From: an uncultured Gemmatimonadales bacterium
GTDB lineage: Bacteria > Gemmatimonadota > Gemmatimonadetes > Longimicrobiales > RSA9
NCBI GenBank assembly: GCA_963741945.1
Contig: CAVUKA010000004.1
Coordinates: forward strand, 64,001 to 128,000
Reading direction: 5' to 3'
Length of the DNA: 64,000 bases
The translations under genes were made by a program, and so were the position numbers. The notes beneath the pieces are model-generated. The model did not search any database and had not been told where the DNA came from. It saw only the letters and a list, made by a program, of their open reading frames with translations. Shown here one piece after another: positions 48,201 through 57,147 of the stretch; position 1 is the first letter of the stretch, and each line of letters starts with the position of its first letter.

Positions 48201-49988
48201 CTACCGCCCAGGTGCTGCGGGGCCCTGGACCGCGAAGCGCGCCGGCACCTTCGTATGCCAGTCGGTGGCGCCCTGGTACGCCGCAGCCAGGCGCAGCGCA
48301 GCACTCTCCTTCCAGAGGCCCCCGATGAACGAGATGCTCATTGGGTGGCCATCCACGAAGCCGGCCGGCACCACTGCGGTGGGATGCCCGGTCAGGTTGG
48401 TGATCAGGAGGACGTTGCCGGCGAAGCTCGGTGTGATGAAGGCGTCGATCCCTTCCATCCGCTTCTCCATTTCCCCCATCAGCATCGTGCGGACGCGGTT
48501 CGCCTGGATGTACTCGACGGCGGGGATCAGCCGGCTCTCGCGGAAGGAGTTCGGCCACGAGTTCGCCTCCTGGGCCACCAGCAGGTCGTCGCGACCGCTC
48601 CGCGTCAGCTCGTCGAATGCGGCTGCCGCCTCGGCATCCAGGATGATGCGCAGCGCGTTCACTGGCAGGTGGTCGGGCATCTCGATCGGGACCGGGTCCA
48701 CCCCCAGGCTCCGGACGACCTCCAGCGCCTTCTTCTCCAGCTCGATCTGCGCCGCATCCCGCTTTCTCGCCTCGTCGTCGCGACCGCGCGGCTCACGCTG
48801 GAACGCGCTCTCGAGATAGGCCACCCGCAGCTCCTTCAGCGGCCGGCGCGCGTCCCACGCGAACGGGACGGTCCGCGCGGTCGGATCCAGCCCGTCGGCA
48901 CCATGGATCGCCGTGAACACCAGCGCGCAGTCACCGGCGCTCCGGCAGATCGGGCCGATCTTGTCCATGCTCCACGACAGCGCCATCGCCCCCGCCCGGC
49001 TCACCCTTCCGAACGTGGGCCGCAGCCCGGTCGCGCCCGTGCGCGTGGACGGTGACACGATCGAGCCGAGCGTCTCGGTGCCGATGCCGAATCCCACCAG
49101 CCCCGCCACCGTGGCCGCGGCCGGCCCGGCCGACGATCCGCTGGACCCCTGCTCCAGGTCCCACGGATTCCGCGTCTTCCCACCGAACCAGACGTCGCCC
49201 ATGGCCAGCGCGCCCAGCGTCAGCTTCGCCACGAGCACCGCTCCGGCCTGGTCCAGGCGCTGCACCACGGTGGCGTCCTGGTCGATGACCTGGTGCTCGT
49301 ACGGCTTCGCCCCCCAGGTCGTGGGATACCCTTCCGTCGCCAGCAGGTCCTTGGCGCCCCACGGGATCCCGTGCAGCGGACCCCGGTAGATGCCGCGGGC
49401 GAGCTCCTCGTCCAGCCTCTTCGCCTGCGCCATCGCACGCTCGTCCGTCAGCGTGATCACCGCCTCCAGCTCGCCGCCGTACCGCTGCAGGCGGTCGAGG
49501 TACATCTGCGTCAGCTCCACCGCGCTCACCTGTCGGGTCCGGACCAGCTCCGCAAGCCGCGTCACCGGCCAGAACGCCACGTCCTCGAGCCTGTCCGGGC
49601 GACGGACCTTACCCGGGCGTTCCATCCGGATCTGGTCGAATCGCCGGGCCACCATCGTGGGCCCGTCGTCCTGGTCCCCTTCCATGGCGTCCGGCAGGTG
49701 CACCCACGGCAGCCGCGGGTCGAACTGCACGGCCGGCGCCACGGCATTCGGGATCTCCATCCTGTGGAGCGCGTCGTAGGCCTGGAGGTTCTGGTTCAGC
49801 CCCCGGGCCATCATCTCCCGCTCTGCATCCGTGAACTCCAGCCCCGCCACCACTTCGGCGTCCTTGATCACCTCCGGGGTCACCCGGCCCTGCTCCTGCG
49901 CCTGCGCCCAGAGGCGGTCCGCGAAAATCCCGCCTACCCCGAGGGCGGAGAGATGGACCATGAAGCTGCGTCGGTCGAGTGTCGCCAT
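48201..49988 (-). CDS. Amidase-signature family enzyme with Tat-like signal peptide
   Basis: MATLDRRSF; GPLHGIPWGAKDL, GSSGSSAG, GTETLGSIVSP (Ser-cisSer-Lys triad region). Confidence 0.92.
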   Translation of the reverse strand: MATLDRRSFMVHLSALGVGGIFADRLWAQAQEQGRVTPEVIKDAEVVAGLEFTDAEREMMARGLNQNLQAYDALHRMEIPNAVAPAVQFDPRLPWVHLPDAMEGDQDDGPTMVARRFDQIRMERPGKVRRPDRLEDVAFWPVTRLAELVRTRQVSAVELTQMYLDRLQRYGGELEAVITLTDERAMAQAKRLDEELARGIYRGPLHGIPWGAKDLLATEGYPTTWGAKPYEHQVIDQDATVVQRLDQAGAVLVAKLTLGALAMGDVWFGGKTRNPWDLEQGSSGSSAGPAAATVAGLVGFGIGTETLGSIVSPSTRTGATGLRPTFGRVSRAGAMALSWSMDKIGPICRSAGDCALVFTAIHGADGLDPTARTVPFAWDARRPLKELRVAYLESAFQREPRGRDDEARKRDAAQIELEKKALEVVRSLGVDPVPIEMPDHLPVNALRIILDAEAAAAFDELTRSGRDDLLVAQEANSWPNSFRESRLIPAVEYIQANRVRTMLMGEMEKRMEGIDAFITPSFAGNVLLITNLTGHPTAVVPAGFVDGHPMSISFIGGLWKESAALRLAAAYQGATDWHTKVPARFAVQGPAAPGR

Positions 49989-50148
49989 GGCTGTGCTCTT
50001 GGATGAGGGATGATCCGCCAAGCTGCGGACCGCCCACCGCCCACCGCAACCCCACACCTCCCGCGCGGGCCCGACGCGGCTGGCCGGTAACTTGCCATCG
50101 ATACCCCCGCAGGGTTCTTGTCGATCGTCGTTGCAGCGAGGGGACAGC

Positions 50149-52038
50149 ATGAGCACAACCGAAGCGTCCGGCCACGAAGCCTCTTCTCAGGTGGTCACGG
50201 AGCGCGACGCGCGGGAAGTGGCGGAGGCCGCCCGTGAGAAGGAGTGGGTCAAGCCGAGCTTCGTCCGCGAGCTGTTCCTGGGCAATCTGCGGATGGACCT
50301 GATCCATCCACTCCCGGAGCCGGACCCCGAGGCGCTGGCCCGTGGCGAGGAGTTCATTGCGCAGATGGAGGACTTCCTGAAGCGGGAGGTCGACGGTCTC
50401 GCCATCGAGCGCGAGGGGAAGATCCCCGACGAGGTCATGGAGGGGCTGCGTCGCCTGAAAGCGTTCGGCATGAAGATCCCGCAGGAGTACGGCGGGCTGG
50501 GGCTATCCCAGGTGATGTACGGCCGGGCCATTGCCATGATCAGCACCTACTCCTCGGCCATCGGTGTGCTGCTCTCGGCGCACCAGTCCATCGGCGTGCC
50601 ACAGCCGCTGAAGCTGTTCGGAACACCGGAGCAGAAGGAGAAGTACCTGCCTCGCTTCGCCGCCGGCGAGATCTCGGCGTTCGCCCTCACCGAGCCGGAC
50701 GTCGGGTCCGACCCGGCTCGCGTGAAAGCCACGGCCGAGCCCACCGAGGATGGGGAAGCGTTCATCCTGAACGGCCAGAAGCTCTGGTGCACCAACGCGC
50801 CCGTCGCCGACGTGATGGTGGTTATGGCCACCACGCCGCCAGCGCCGGGGGAGAAGCGGCGTCCCATCACCGCCTTCATCGTCGAGAACAGCTGGGAAGG
50901 GGTGCACAACCAGCACCGGCTGGAGTTCATGGGGCTGCGCGGGATCGAGAACGGCCTGATCGCCTTCCAGGACGTCCGGGTCCCGCGGGAGAACATCATC
51001 CTGGGTGAAGGGAAGGGCCTGAAGCTGGCGCTGACCACGCTGAACACGGGCCGCCTGACCGTCCCCATGACCTGCGCGGCCGCCGGGAAGTGGTGCACGC
51101 AGGTGGCACGGGAATTCGCGGCGGAGCGCGTCCAGTGGGGCGCCCCTGTCGGGAAGCACGACGCCGTCGCCCAGATGCTGGGCTACATCGCCACGCACAC
51201 GTTCGCCATGGAAGCCGTGGCCGAAGCATCGTCCGCCCTCGCGGATGACGCGAACACGGACATCCGCCTCGAGGCCGCAATGGCCAAGATGTGGAACTCC
51301 GAGACCGCCTGGAGGGTTGGCGACCTCACCATGCAGATCCGCGGCGGCCGCGGATACGAGACGGCGCACTCGCTGGCCACGCGGGGCGAAGCGCCCGTGC
51401 CGGTGGAGCAGATGCTCCGCGATCTCCGCATCAACATGATCTTCGAGGGGTCGAGCGAGATCATGCGCCTCTTCATCGCACGTGAGGCCGTGGATCCGCA
51501 CCTGCAGGCGGCCGGCAGGTTCGTCGAGCCGGATGCATCGGTGGGGGAGAAGGCCCGCGACGCGGTGGGACTCGGCGCGCACATGGCCAACTGGTATTCC
51601 GGGAACGTGGCGGGCTGGGGCCGCTGGCCGCGTCACGGCGACTTCGGCCCGCTCGCCACGCACATCCGCTTCGCCGAGCGCAGGGCCAGGAAGCTCGCCC
51701 GCACCCTGGCATACGCCATGGGCCGCTATGGCGCCAGCCTGGAGAAGAAGCAGTCCGTGCTCTTCCGGATGGTGGAGGTCGGCGCGGAGCTCTTCGCCAT
51801 CGGCGCCACGTGCAGCTACGCGCTGAAGCGCCACGGTGAGAATGGCTCCGGAAACGGACCGGTCAGGATGGCCGACGTGTTCTGCCGTCATTCCCGGCGG
51901 AAGGTGGACCTGCTGTTCGAGCGCATCTTCGACAATGACGACGACGTCACCTACGCCCTCGCGCAGGAAGTGCTCGACGGCAGGCACGCATGGATGGAGA
52001 AGGGCGTGGCCACCCCGCCGCGGCTGCACCTGGACTGA
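50149..52038 (+). CDS. Long-form acyl-CoA dehydrogenase (ACAD9/VLCAD/FadE10-like)
   Basis: AHQSIG, AFALTEPDVGSD, GQKLWCTN, GGRGYET, IFEGSSEI, C-terminal extension. Confidence 0.94.
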   Translation: MSTTEASGHEASSQVVTERDAREVAEAAREKEWVKPSFVRELFLGNLRMDLIHPLPEPDPEALARGEEFIAQMEDFLKREVDGLAIEREGKIPDEVMEGLRRLKAFGMKIPQEYGGLGLSQVMYGRAIAMISTYSSAIGVLLSAHQSIGVPQPLKLFGTPEQKEKYLPRFAAGEISAFALTEPDVGSDPARVKATAEPTEDGEAFILNGQKLWCTNAPVADVMVVMATTPPAPGEKRRPITAFIVENSWEGVHNQHRLEFMGLRGIENGLIAFQDVRVPRENIILGEGKGLKLALTTLNTGRLTVPMTCAAAGKWCTQVAREFAAERVQWGAPVGKHDAVAQMLGYIATHTFAMEAVAEASSALADDANTDIRLEAAMAKMWNSETAWRVGDLTMQIRGGRGYETAHSLATRGEAPVPVEQMLRDLRINMIFEGSSEIMRLFIAREAVDPHLQAAGRFVEPDASVGEKARDAVGLGAHMANWYSGNVAGWGRWPRHGDFGPLATHIRFAERRARKLARTLAYAMGRYGASLEKKQSVLFRMVEVGAELFAIGATCSYALKRHGENGSGNGPVRMADVFCRHSRRKVDLLFERIFDNDDDVTYALAQEVLDGRHAWMEKGVATPPRLHLD

Positions 52039-52132
52039 CGCCCCGCCGGCGGGGCGCGAATCCCCTTGCCGCAGGGGCATTCCGCCCACTACACTGCGTG
52101 GAGCCACGCCTCCCCAAACCCCCTGGCCGGCA

Positions 52133-52918
52133 ATGGCACTAATCGCGGCTCTCCTGCCCCACGAGGCAGACCGAAGCGCACTCGGCGCTGCCGTCTTCAG
52201 GCATCAGGTCACATGGGCCCGCAGCTGGCGCGATCTCGGACGTGTGGTGAAGCGGGAGCCGGCCGCAGCCGTTGTGGCGGACCTGCACGCCGAGCCCGGG
52301 AAGGACGGCGTCCTGCGGGTCTATCGACTCGCGCAGCGCTACCCCCTGACCCCCATCCTGGCCTGGGGCGACCTGGACGGCCGCGATCTCTTCCGCCTCG
52401 CAAAAGCGGGCGCATCCGACGTGGTGCCCGCACCGGACGCGGGCAACGCTCCGTTCGTCGCCGAGATCCTCGATGACGCCATGGCCGACCGCGTTGCCCG
52501 TCTGGTGGACGAGCACCTCCGCGGGCGCGTGGGCAGGGAAGGCCGGGCCCTCGTGCAGTCCGCGGCCGCGAAGATCCCGGAAGGAATCCAGGTGCCGGAC
52601 CTGGCAGCGGCCCACGGCCTTTCGGTCTCCACACTCGAGCGTCGTTGCGAGCAGTGGGGGATCACCACGCCCGGCCGCCTGCTCCTCTGGCTCCGGATCA
52701 TTTACGGCCTCAACTGGCTGCAGGAGCCGGGGCGCAGCGTCGAGTCCGTCGCCGGGCAGCTCGGCTATTCGTCGGGCGCCGCGTTCCGTCGCGCGATCAA
52801 GGTGACCGTGGGCGGCAGGCCCACGCCCCTGCGCGACGGCGCCGGCCTGATGACCGCGCTCGAAGCGTTCGCCGAGGCCTGTCCCGGGGAGACGGCCGGG
52901 GACCGGGAGGAGAAATGA
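52133..52918 (+). CDS. AraC-family regulator with degenerate receiver-like N-terminal domain
   Basis: VPDLAAAHGLSVSTLERR...SVESVAGQLGYSSGAAFRRA double HTH; N-terminus AVVAD / YPLTPILAW / GASDVV. Confidence 0.85.
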   Translation: MALIAALLPHEADRSALGAAVFRHQVTWARSWRDLGRVVKREPAAAVVADLHAEPGKDGVLRVYRLAQRYPLTPILAWGDLDGRDLFRLAKAGASDVVPAPDAGNAPFVAEILDDAMADRVARLVDEHLRGRVGREGRALVQSAAAKIPEGIQVPDLAAAHGLSVSTLERRCEQWGITTPGRLLLWLRIIYGLNWLQEPGRSVESVAGQLGYSSGAAFRRAIKVTVGGRPTPLRDGAGLMTALEAFAEACPGETAGDREEK

Positions 52919-54201
52919 TGGCGCGCTACGATCGCATTGCCCGGCTCGAGCCGCCCCCCCGGGAGAACGCCTTCCCGGGATGGCATACGCTGCGGGACCT
53001 CGAGGGACGGGAACGGGAGCCGGAGCTCGGCCGCCGCGCCCGCCTCCGCTTCCTCGCCATCCGACCGGTGCTCCGGCTCCTGGCGCGGGGGCTCGAGGCC
53101 ATGGACACCGCTTCCTTCCAGCGGCAGCTCGACTCGGTCCGTGAGGAGCTCGGCCATCTCCCTGCCCGTGACCCGGAGCGGGCATGCATCGCGGATTACC
53201 TCAAGGCCGTCGGAGGTCGGACGCCCGAAGGCATCGCCGGCGCCACGCTGGACGTTGGCAGGGCAGCCGAGGCGAGCGGTCACCCGTTCGCCGCGGAGGA
53301 GTTCTACCAGGCCGGTCTCCGGATCGCCGAGGAGTACGGGCTGGATGATGCACGGCTGCAGGCGCTCCGCCGCATTGCCACGATCCAGCGCAGGCGCGGT
53401 GACGCCGACTCGGCTCTCGCCACGCTCGGCCGCGCGGCCGCGCTGGCGGAGCGGGTGGGTGATCTCGTCGAGTGGGCTCGCGCTCTCGATGGCGTGGCGG
53501 CGGTGGCACTCCGCCTCGGCGATGTCGAGCGCGCCCGTGAGGCGCTCGACCGCATCGACGAGCGTGGCCGCTCCGCCCGGCACGAGCGTGTCCGCGCCGT
53601 GGCCGCGGCGGGCAGGTGCGCCCTAGAGATCGCGGTGGGTAGCCCGGAGGCCGCTGTGGAAGCCGGCTGGCAGGCCATCGACCGCCTCGGGCCGGACGAC
53701 GAGGACCGGAATGGTGTCCTGCTGAACATGGGCGCCGGGTTCCGCCGGCTCCGCCTGTTCCCGGCCGCCGTCTCCTGCTATCGAATCATCGAGCGCTGGT
53801 CCGCGTGGCCGGAGCACCGCATCGAGGCGCAGGTGGAGAGCGCCGCCGTGGCCGCCGAGATGGGAGATACGGAAGCGTTCCGGCGCAATGAGGCAGCCGT
53901 CGTCGCCTCCCTCGATCGCGCCGATCCGGGGACCGCGGGACTCGCAGCCCTCGGCCTCGGTCGTGCCGCCATGGTGATGGGAGAGACCGGACCCGCCCGC
54001 GACCACCTGCGCCACGCCATTGCTGTCGCGCGTGACGCCGACGACGCCTCGGTCCTCACCCGCGCCGAGGAGCTCCTGTCGGCCCTGGAACGGGACGTGG
54101 AGGCCGAGACCATGGTCGCTCCGGCAACACCGTCGGATGGAAGCCGGAATATCGCCCGCCGCGTGGAAGAGCTCTCCCGCGAGCTGGTCCCCACCATCTG
54201 A
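52915..54201 (+). CDS. TPR/helical-repeat hypothetical protein
   Basis: Repeated GD...A...L..A helical-hairpin pattern; ATGA overlap with the AraC gene; GGAGG RBS. Confidence 0.78.
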   Translation: MMARYDRIARLEPPPRENAFPGWHTLRDLEGREREPELGRRARLRFLAIRPVLRLLARGLEAMDTASFQRQLDSVREELGHLPARDPERACIADYLKAVGGRTPEGIAGATLDVGRAAEASGHPFAAEEFYQAGLRIAEEYGLDDARLQALRRIATIQRRRGDADSALATLGRAAALAERVGDLVEWARALDGVAAVALRLGDVERAREALDRIDERGRSARHERVRAVAAAGRCALEIAVGSPEAAVEAGWQAIDRLGPDDEDRNGVLLNMGAGFRRLRLFPAAVSCYRIIERWSAWPEHRIEAQVESAAVAAEMGDTEAFRRNEAAVVASLDRADPGTAGLAALGLGRAAMVMGETGPARDHLRHAIAVARDADDASVLTRAEELLSALERDVEAETMVAPATPSDGSRNIARRVEELSRELVPTI

Positions 54202-54234
54202 CGCCGGAGCGACGGGCACAGCCGCTGGCGGCGG

Positions 54235-54426
54235 TCACGACAGGACGTCGCGCCTCCCTTCCCGTACTTCGCGCACCCAGTAGCTGTAGTCGATGGCGGC
54301 CGCCAGCGCCGCCTCGATGCTCCGCACTACGTCCCGCTCCCCCACTTCCTGCCGCGCACGCTCCACCAGCGCCTCATCCAGCACGAACGTGTGCGGCCGC
54401 CGCGCTGCCCGCTCTTGCGTCGCCAT
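54235..54426 (-). CDS. Small ribbon-helix-helix / VapB-antitoxin-like protein
   Basis: HTFVLDEALVERARQEVG...SIEAAL beta-alpha-alpha pattern; 63 aa. Confidence 0.55.
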   Translation of the reverse strand: MATQERAARRPHTFVLDEALVERARQEVGERDVVRSIEAALAAAIDYSYWVREVREGRRDVLS

Positions 54427-54521
54427 GCCCGCCCCTTCGTTCAGGTCCGCACCGACTCTGAGGCCCGGAGCGGGGCATTGCCATGGCGATCAGGGACGGA
54501 CCACCGCTGCGCCCATGAGCA

Positions 54522-54809
54522 TCAGAGGGGCGGAAGCTGGCCGTTCTCCCGCCGGACATCCTTCGCGCCGTGCCGGACGGCCAGCCCCATCCCCGCGCCG
54601 AAGGCCAGGGCCGTGCCGCCTCCCACCACGGGTAGCAGCCAGACCACCGGGCCCGCGGCCAGCGTCGCGACCACGCCCACGGCCACGGGCGCGGCCCGCC
54701 ACTGGATCGTATCCACGAAGCGCAGCCGCTTTCGCACGAACTGACGGACTTTCACATAGCCGGCGCCGATCCCCCCGGCGGCGGCGCCCAGAACGAGAAG
54801 CTCGATCAT
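54522..54809 (-). CDS. Small hypothetical membrane protein
   Basis: MIELLVLG...RQFVRKRLRFVD...three Gly-rich hydrophobic segments; AGGAGG RBS. Confidence 0.7.
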   Translation of the reverse strand: MIELLVLGAAAGGIGAGYVKVRQFVRKRLRFVDTIQWRAAPVAVGVVATLAAGPVVWLLPVVGGGTALAFGAGMGLAVRHGAKDVRRENGQLPPL

Positions 54810-54905
54810 GGTTTCCTCCTTGCCCATCATGACGGCGGCGGGCGGCTCCGGGTTTCGGGCGGGCGCGTCCTTCCCGTTTTCACCAACCGTGCCTACCTTT
54901 CCATC

Positions 54906-55283
54906 ATGACCGAGCCAAGGCAGCTGATCGTCGTCGGCGACCGCGTCCTGATCGAGCCGGAGGAGGGAGAGGAGCGGTCCCACGTGGGCCTCTATCTCCC
55001 GGCCACCGCGGTCGACAACCAAGCGGTGCAGGCGGGCACGATCGTCGCCACGGGCCCGGGCACACCCATTTCCGCGCCCACCGACCTGGGCGACGAGCCG
55101 TGGCGGATCGCGAGCGGCGAGGGGAAGTTCCTCCCTGTTCAGGCCCGGAAGGGAGACTACGCCATCTTCTTCCGACGCGCGGCCGTGGAGATCACGTTCG
55201 AGGGGCGGAAGTACCTGGTGGTGCCCCAGGCCGCGATCCTGGTCCTGCTGCGCGGAACTTCGGAACCCGACGAGGGTTGGTAA
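54906..55283 (+). CDS. Co-chaperonin GroES-family protein (divergent)
   Basis: VGDRVLI, GLYLP mobile loop, GTIVATGPG, KGD, EITFEGRKYLVV...IL. Confidence 0.87.
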   Translation: MTEPRQLIVVGDRVLIEPEEGEERSHVGLYLPATAVDNQAVQAGTIVATGPGTPISAPTDLGDEPWRIASGEGKFLPVQARKGDYAIFFRRAAVEITFEGRKYLVVPQAAILVLLRGTSEPDEGW

Positions 55284-55306
55284 TGCGTCGGAACCGCATG
55301 GATGCG

Positions 55307-55333
55307 CGGCCCCGCCACGGGGCCGTTTTTTTT
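55307..55333 (+). terminator. Intrinsic terminator between groES-like gene and hslO
   Basis: CGGCCCCG-CCA-CGGGGCCG followed by eight T. Confidence 0.8.
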
Positions 55334-55342
55334 GGATGATGC

Positions 55343-56233
55343 ATGCTGCCGAACACCGAGAACTACCTGGTCCGCGCCACGGCCTTCAACGGCACGGTGC
55401 GAGCGCTGGCCGTCAATTCCACGGAAGCGGTCCGCGAGCTGGCGCGACTGCAGGGAACGGAGCCTGCCACGACGGCGGCTCTCGGGCGGGTCGCCACCGG
55501 CACCCTGCTCCTGGGCTCCACGCTCAAGAAGGCCAGCCACCTGGTGACGGTCCGTGTGAGCGGCGGCGGCCCGGTGGGCGTGCTGCTCGCTTCCGCGAAC
55601 GGGCGCGGCGAGGTCCGGGGCCTGGTGAGCAATCCGCGCACGGGTGTCACCCAGACGGTGAATGGCAAGCTCAACGTGGCTGGCGTGGTGGGTACCGAGG
55701 GGCGCCTGACGGTGATCAAGGACCTGGGGCTCCGGGAGCCGTACAACAGCACGGTCGAGCTGGTCTCGGGTGAGATCGGGAAGGACTTCGCCTACTACTT
55801 CGCCCGCTCGGAGCAGCTGCCGTCGGCCGTCGGGCTGGGCGTGTTCGTCGACCGGGCGGGCGGGGTGGTGGCGGCGGGCGGGTACATCATCCAGATCCTG
55901 GGCGGGCTGCCGGAGGACGACGCCATGGCGATCGAGCGGGAAGTCGCCTCACTGCCGCACCCCACGTCCATGATCCGGGCGGGCGACACCCCCGAAGACA
56001 TGCTCGCCCGCGTCTTCGGCGATGACTTCAATGTGCTCGACCGCACACCCGTCCGGTTCCACTGTCCGTGCAGTCGCGATCGCGCCGCGCGCGCGCTGAT
56101 CCTCCTGGGACCGGCGGAGATCGATGCCATTGCCGAGCAACAGGCGGAGCGTGGACACGCGGACGTGACCTGCGAGTTCTGTGGCGCCAACTACCGGTTC
56201 ACGCTGGCCCAGCTGGCCGCGTTGAAGAATTGA
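55343..56233 (+). CDS. hslO: Hsp33 redox-regulated chaperone
   Basis: ALGR, GEVRG, ELVSGEIG.D.AYYFARSEQLPSA, zinc motif CPCS...CEFC. Confidence 0.95.
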   Translation: MLPNTENYLVRATAFNGTVRALAVNSTEAVRELARLQGTEPATTAALGRVATGTLLLGSTLKKASHLVTVRVSGGGPVGVLLASANGRGEVRGLVSNPRTGVTQTVNGKLNVAGVVGTEGRLTVIKDLGLREPYNSTVELVSGEIGKDFAYYFARSEQLPSAVGLGVFVDRAGGVVAAGGYIIQILGGLPEDDAMAIEREVASLPHPTSMIRAGDTPEDMLARVFGDDFNVLDRTPVRFHCPCSRDRAARALILLGPAEIDAIAEQQAERGHADVTCEFCGANYRFTLAQLAALKN

Positions 56234-56300
56234 GCCCTTGCCCGGGGGCCGCGGCCGGGTTCACATTACTGGACCTCCCCGCCGTTCCCGCAGGATCAAA

Positions 56301-57083
56301 ATGCATCTGAAGCGACGACGCAGGGCAGAGATCTGTCGGCCTCGGGGACTCATCGAGGACCTGGAACGACTCGTCAAGCGCGTGCTCGCGCTGCCGCTCC
56401 TCGCACCCGTGCTCCTGTTCGGCGGGTGGGGACTGGGGAAGATCACGGTCCGGGAGATCATGCTCCCGGCGGAGGTGCCCGTGCAGATCGCGGCCGCATC
56501 CCACACGCCGCGCGCGCAGCTGGAAGCGCTCAGCGAACACATGAGCGCCGTTCGCGACGACGGGCACGACACCGAGGAATACGTGCTCCTCTACCGCACC
56601 CACGTCCGGCCCGTGGAGAAGTCGCTGGTGCGCCGGGGCGTCCCCTCCACGCTCGCGCGCCAGGTCGCCTGGCCCCTCGTCCAGAACGCGTACGAGCGGG
56701 GACTCGACCCCGCCACCGTGGCGGCGGTGGTCCTCGTGGAATCCCGCGGTAAGCCCCGCGCCACCAGCTTCGTTGGCGCCCGGGGGCTCATGCAGGTCAT
56801 GCCGATGCACGAGGGCCAGTGGCGCGGCTGCGGGGACGACCTGTACGACATCGACACCAACCTCTGTTACGGCACGAGCATCCTGTCCTGGCTGCTGCGT
56901 CGTTACGGCGGCGACGAGAAGCGCGCGCTCCTGGCGTACAACGGCTGCGTCCGTGGCACCAACACGCCCGATTGCGGCACGTACCCGTCCAAGGTGCGCC
57001 GCGAGCGCGACCGGCTCCGCCGTGAGTGGACCCCGGCTTCGCCCGACCTCCCCGTCGGCATCGGGGTGGCCGCGTCGCGCTGA
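56301..57083 (+). CDS. Membrane-anchored lytic transglycosylase (SLT domain)
   Basis: TM segment; VESRG, GARGLMQVMP, ALLAYNG. Confidence 0.88.
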   Translation: MHLKRRRRAEICRPRGLIEDLERLVKRVLALPLLAPVLLFGGWGLGKITVREIMLPAEVPVQIAAASHTPRAQLEALSEHMSAVRDDGHDTEEYVLLYRTHVRPVEKSLVRRGVPSTLARQVAWPLVQNAYERGLDPATVAAVVLVESRGKPRATSFVGARGLMQVMPMHEGQWRGCGDDLYDIDTNLCYGTSILSWLLRRYGGDEKRALLAYNGCVRGTNTPDCGTYPSKVRRERDRLRREWTPASPDLPVGIGVAASR

Positions 57084-57147
57084 GCGGCGGCGGGCGGGGC
57101 CGCCGGCATGACCCCGGCCGGCCGGACCCCGTCCGACAGGTGAATCC

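Noticed and set aside
47494-48558. 354-aa intact HAF-repeat protein as given in the ORF track
   Set aside because: The first ~135 residues overlap the amidase in another frame and its terminator; only the portion below ~48150 looks like real protein.
52039-52056. 18-bp GC palindrome after the acyl-CoA dehydrogenase stop as a terminator or operator
   Set aside because: No U-tract, and pure-GC palindromes arise easily at this composition; not enough support to call.
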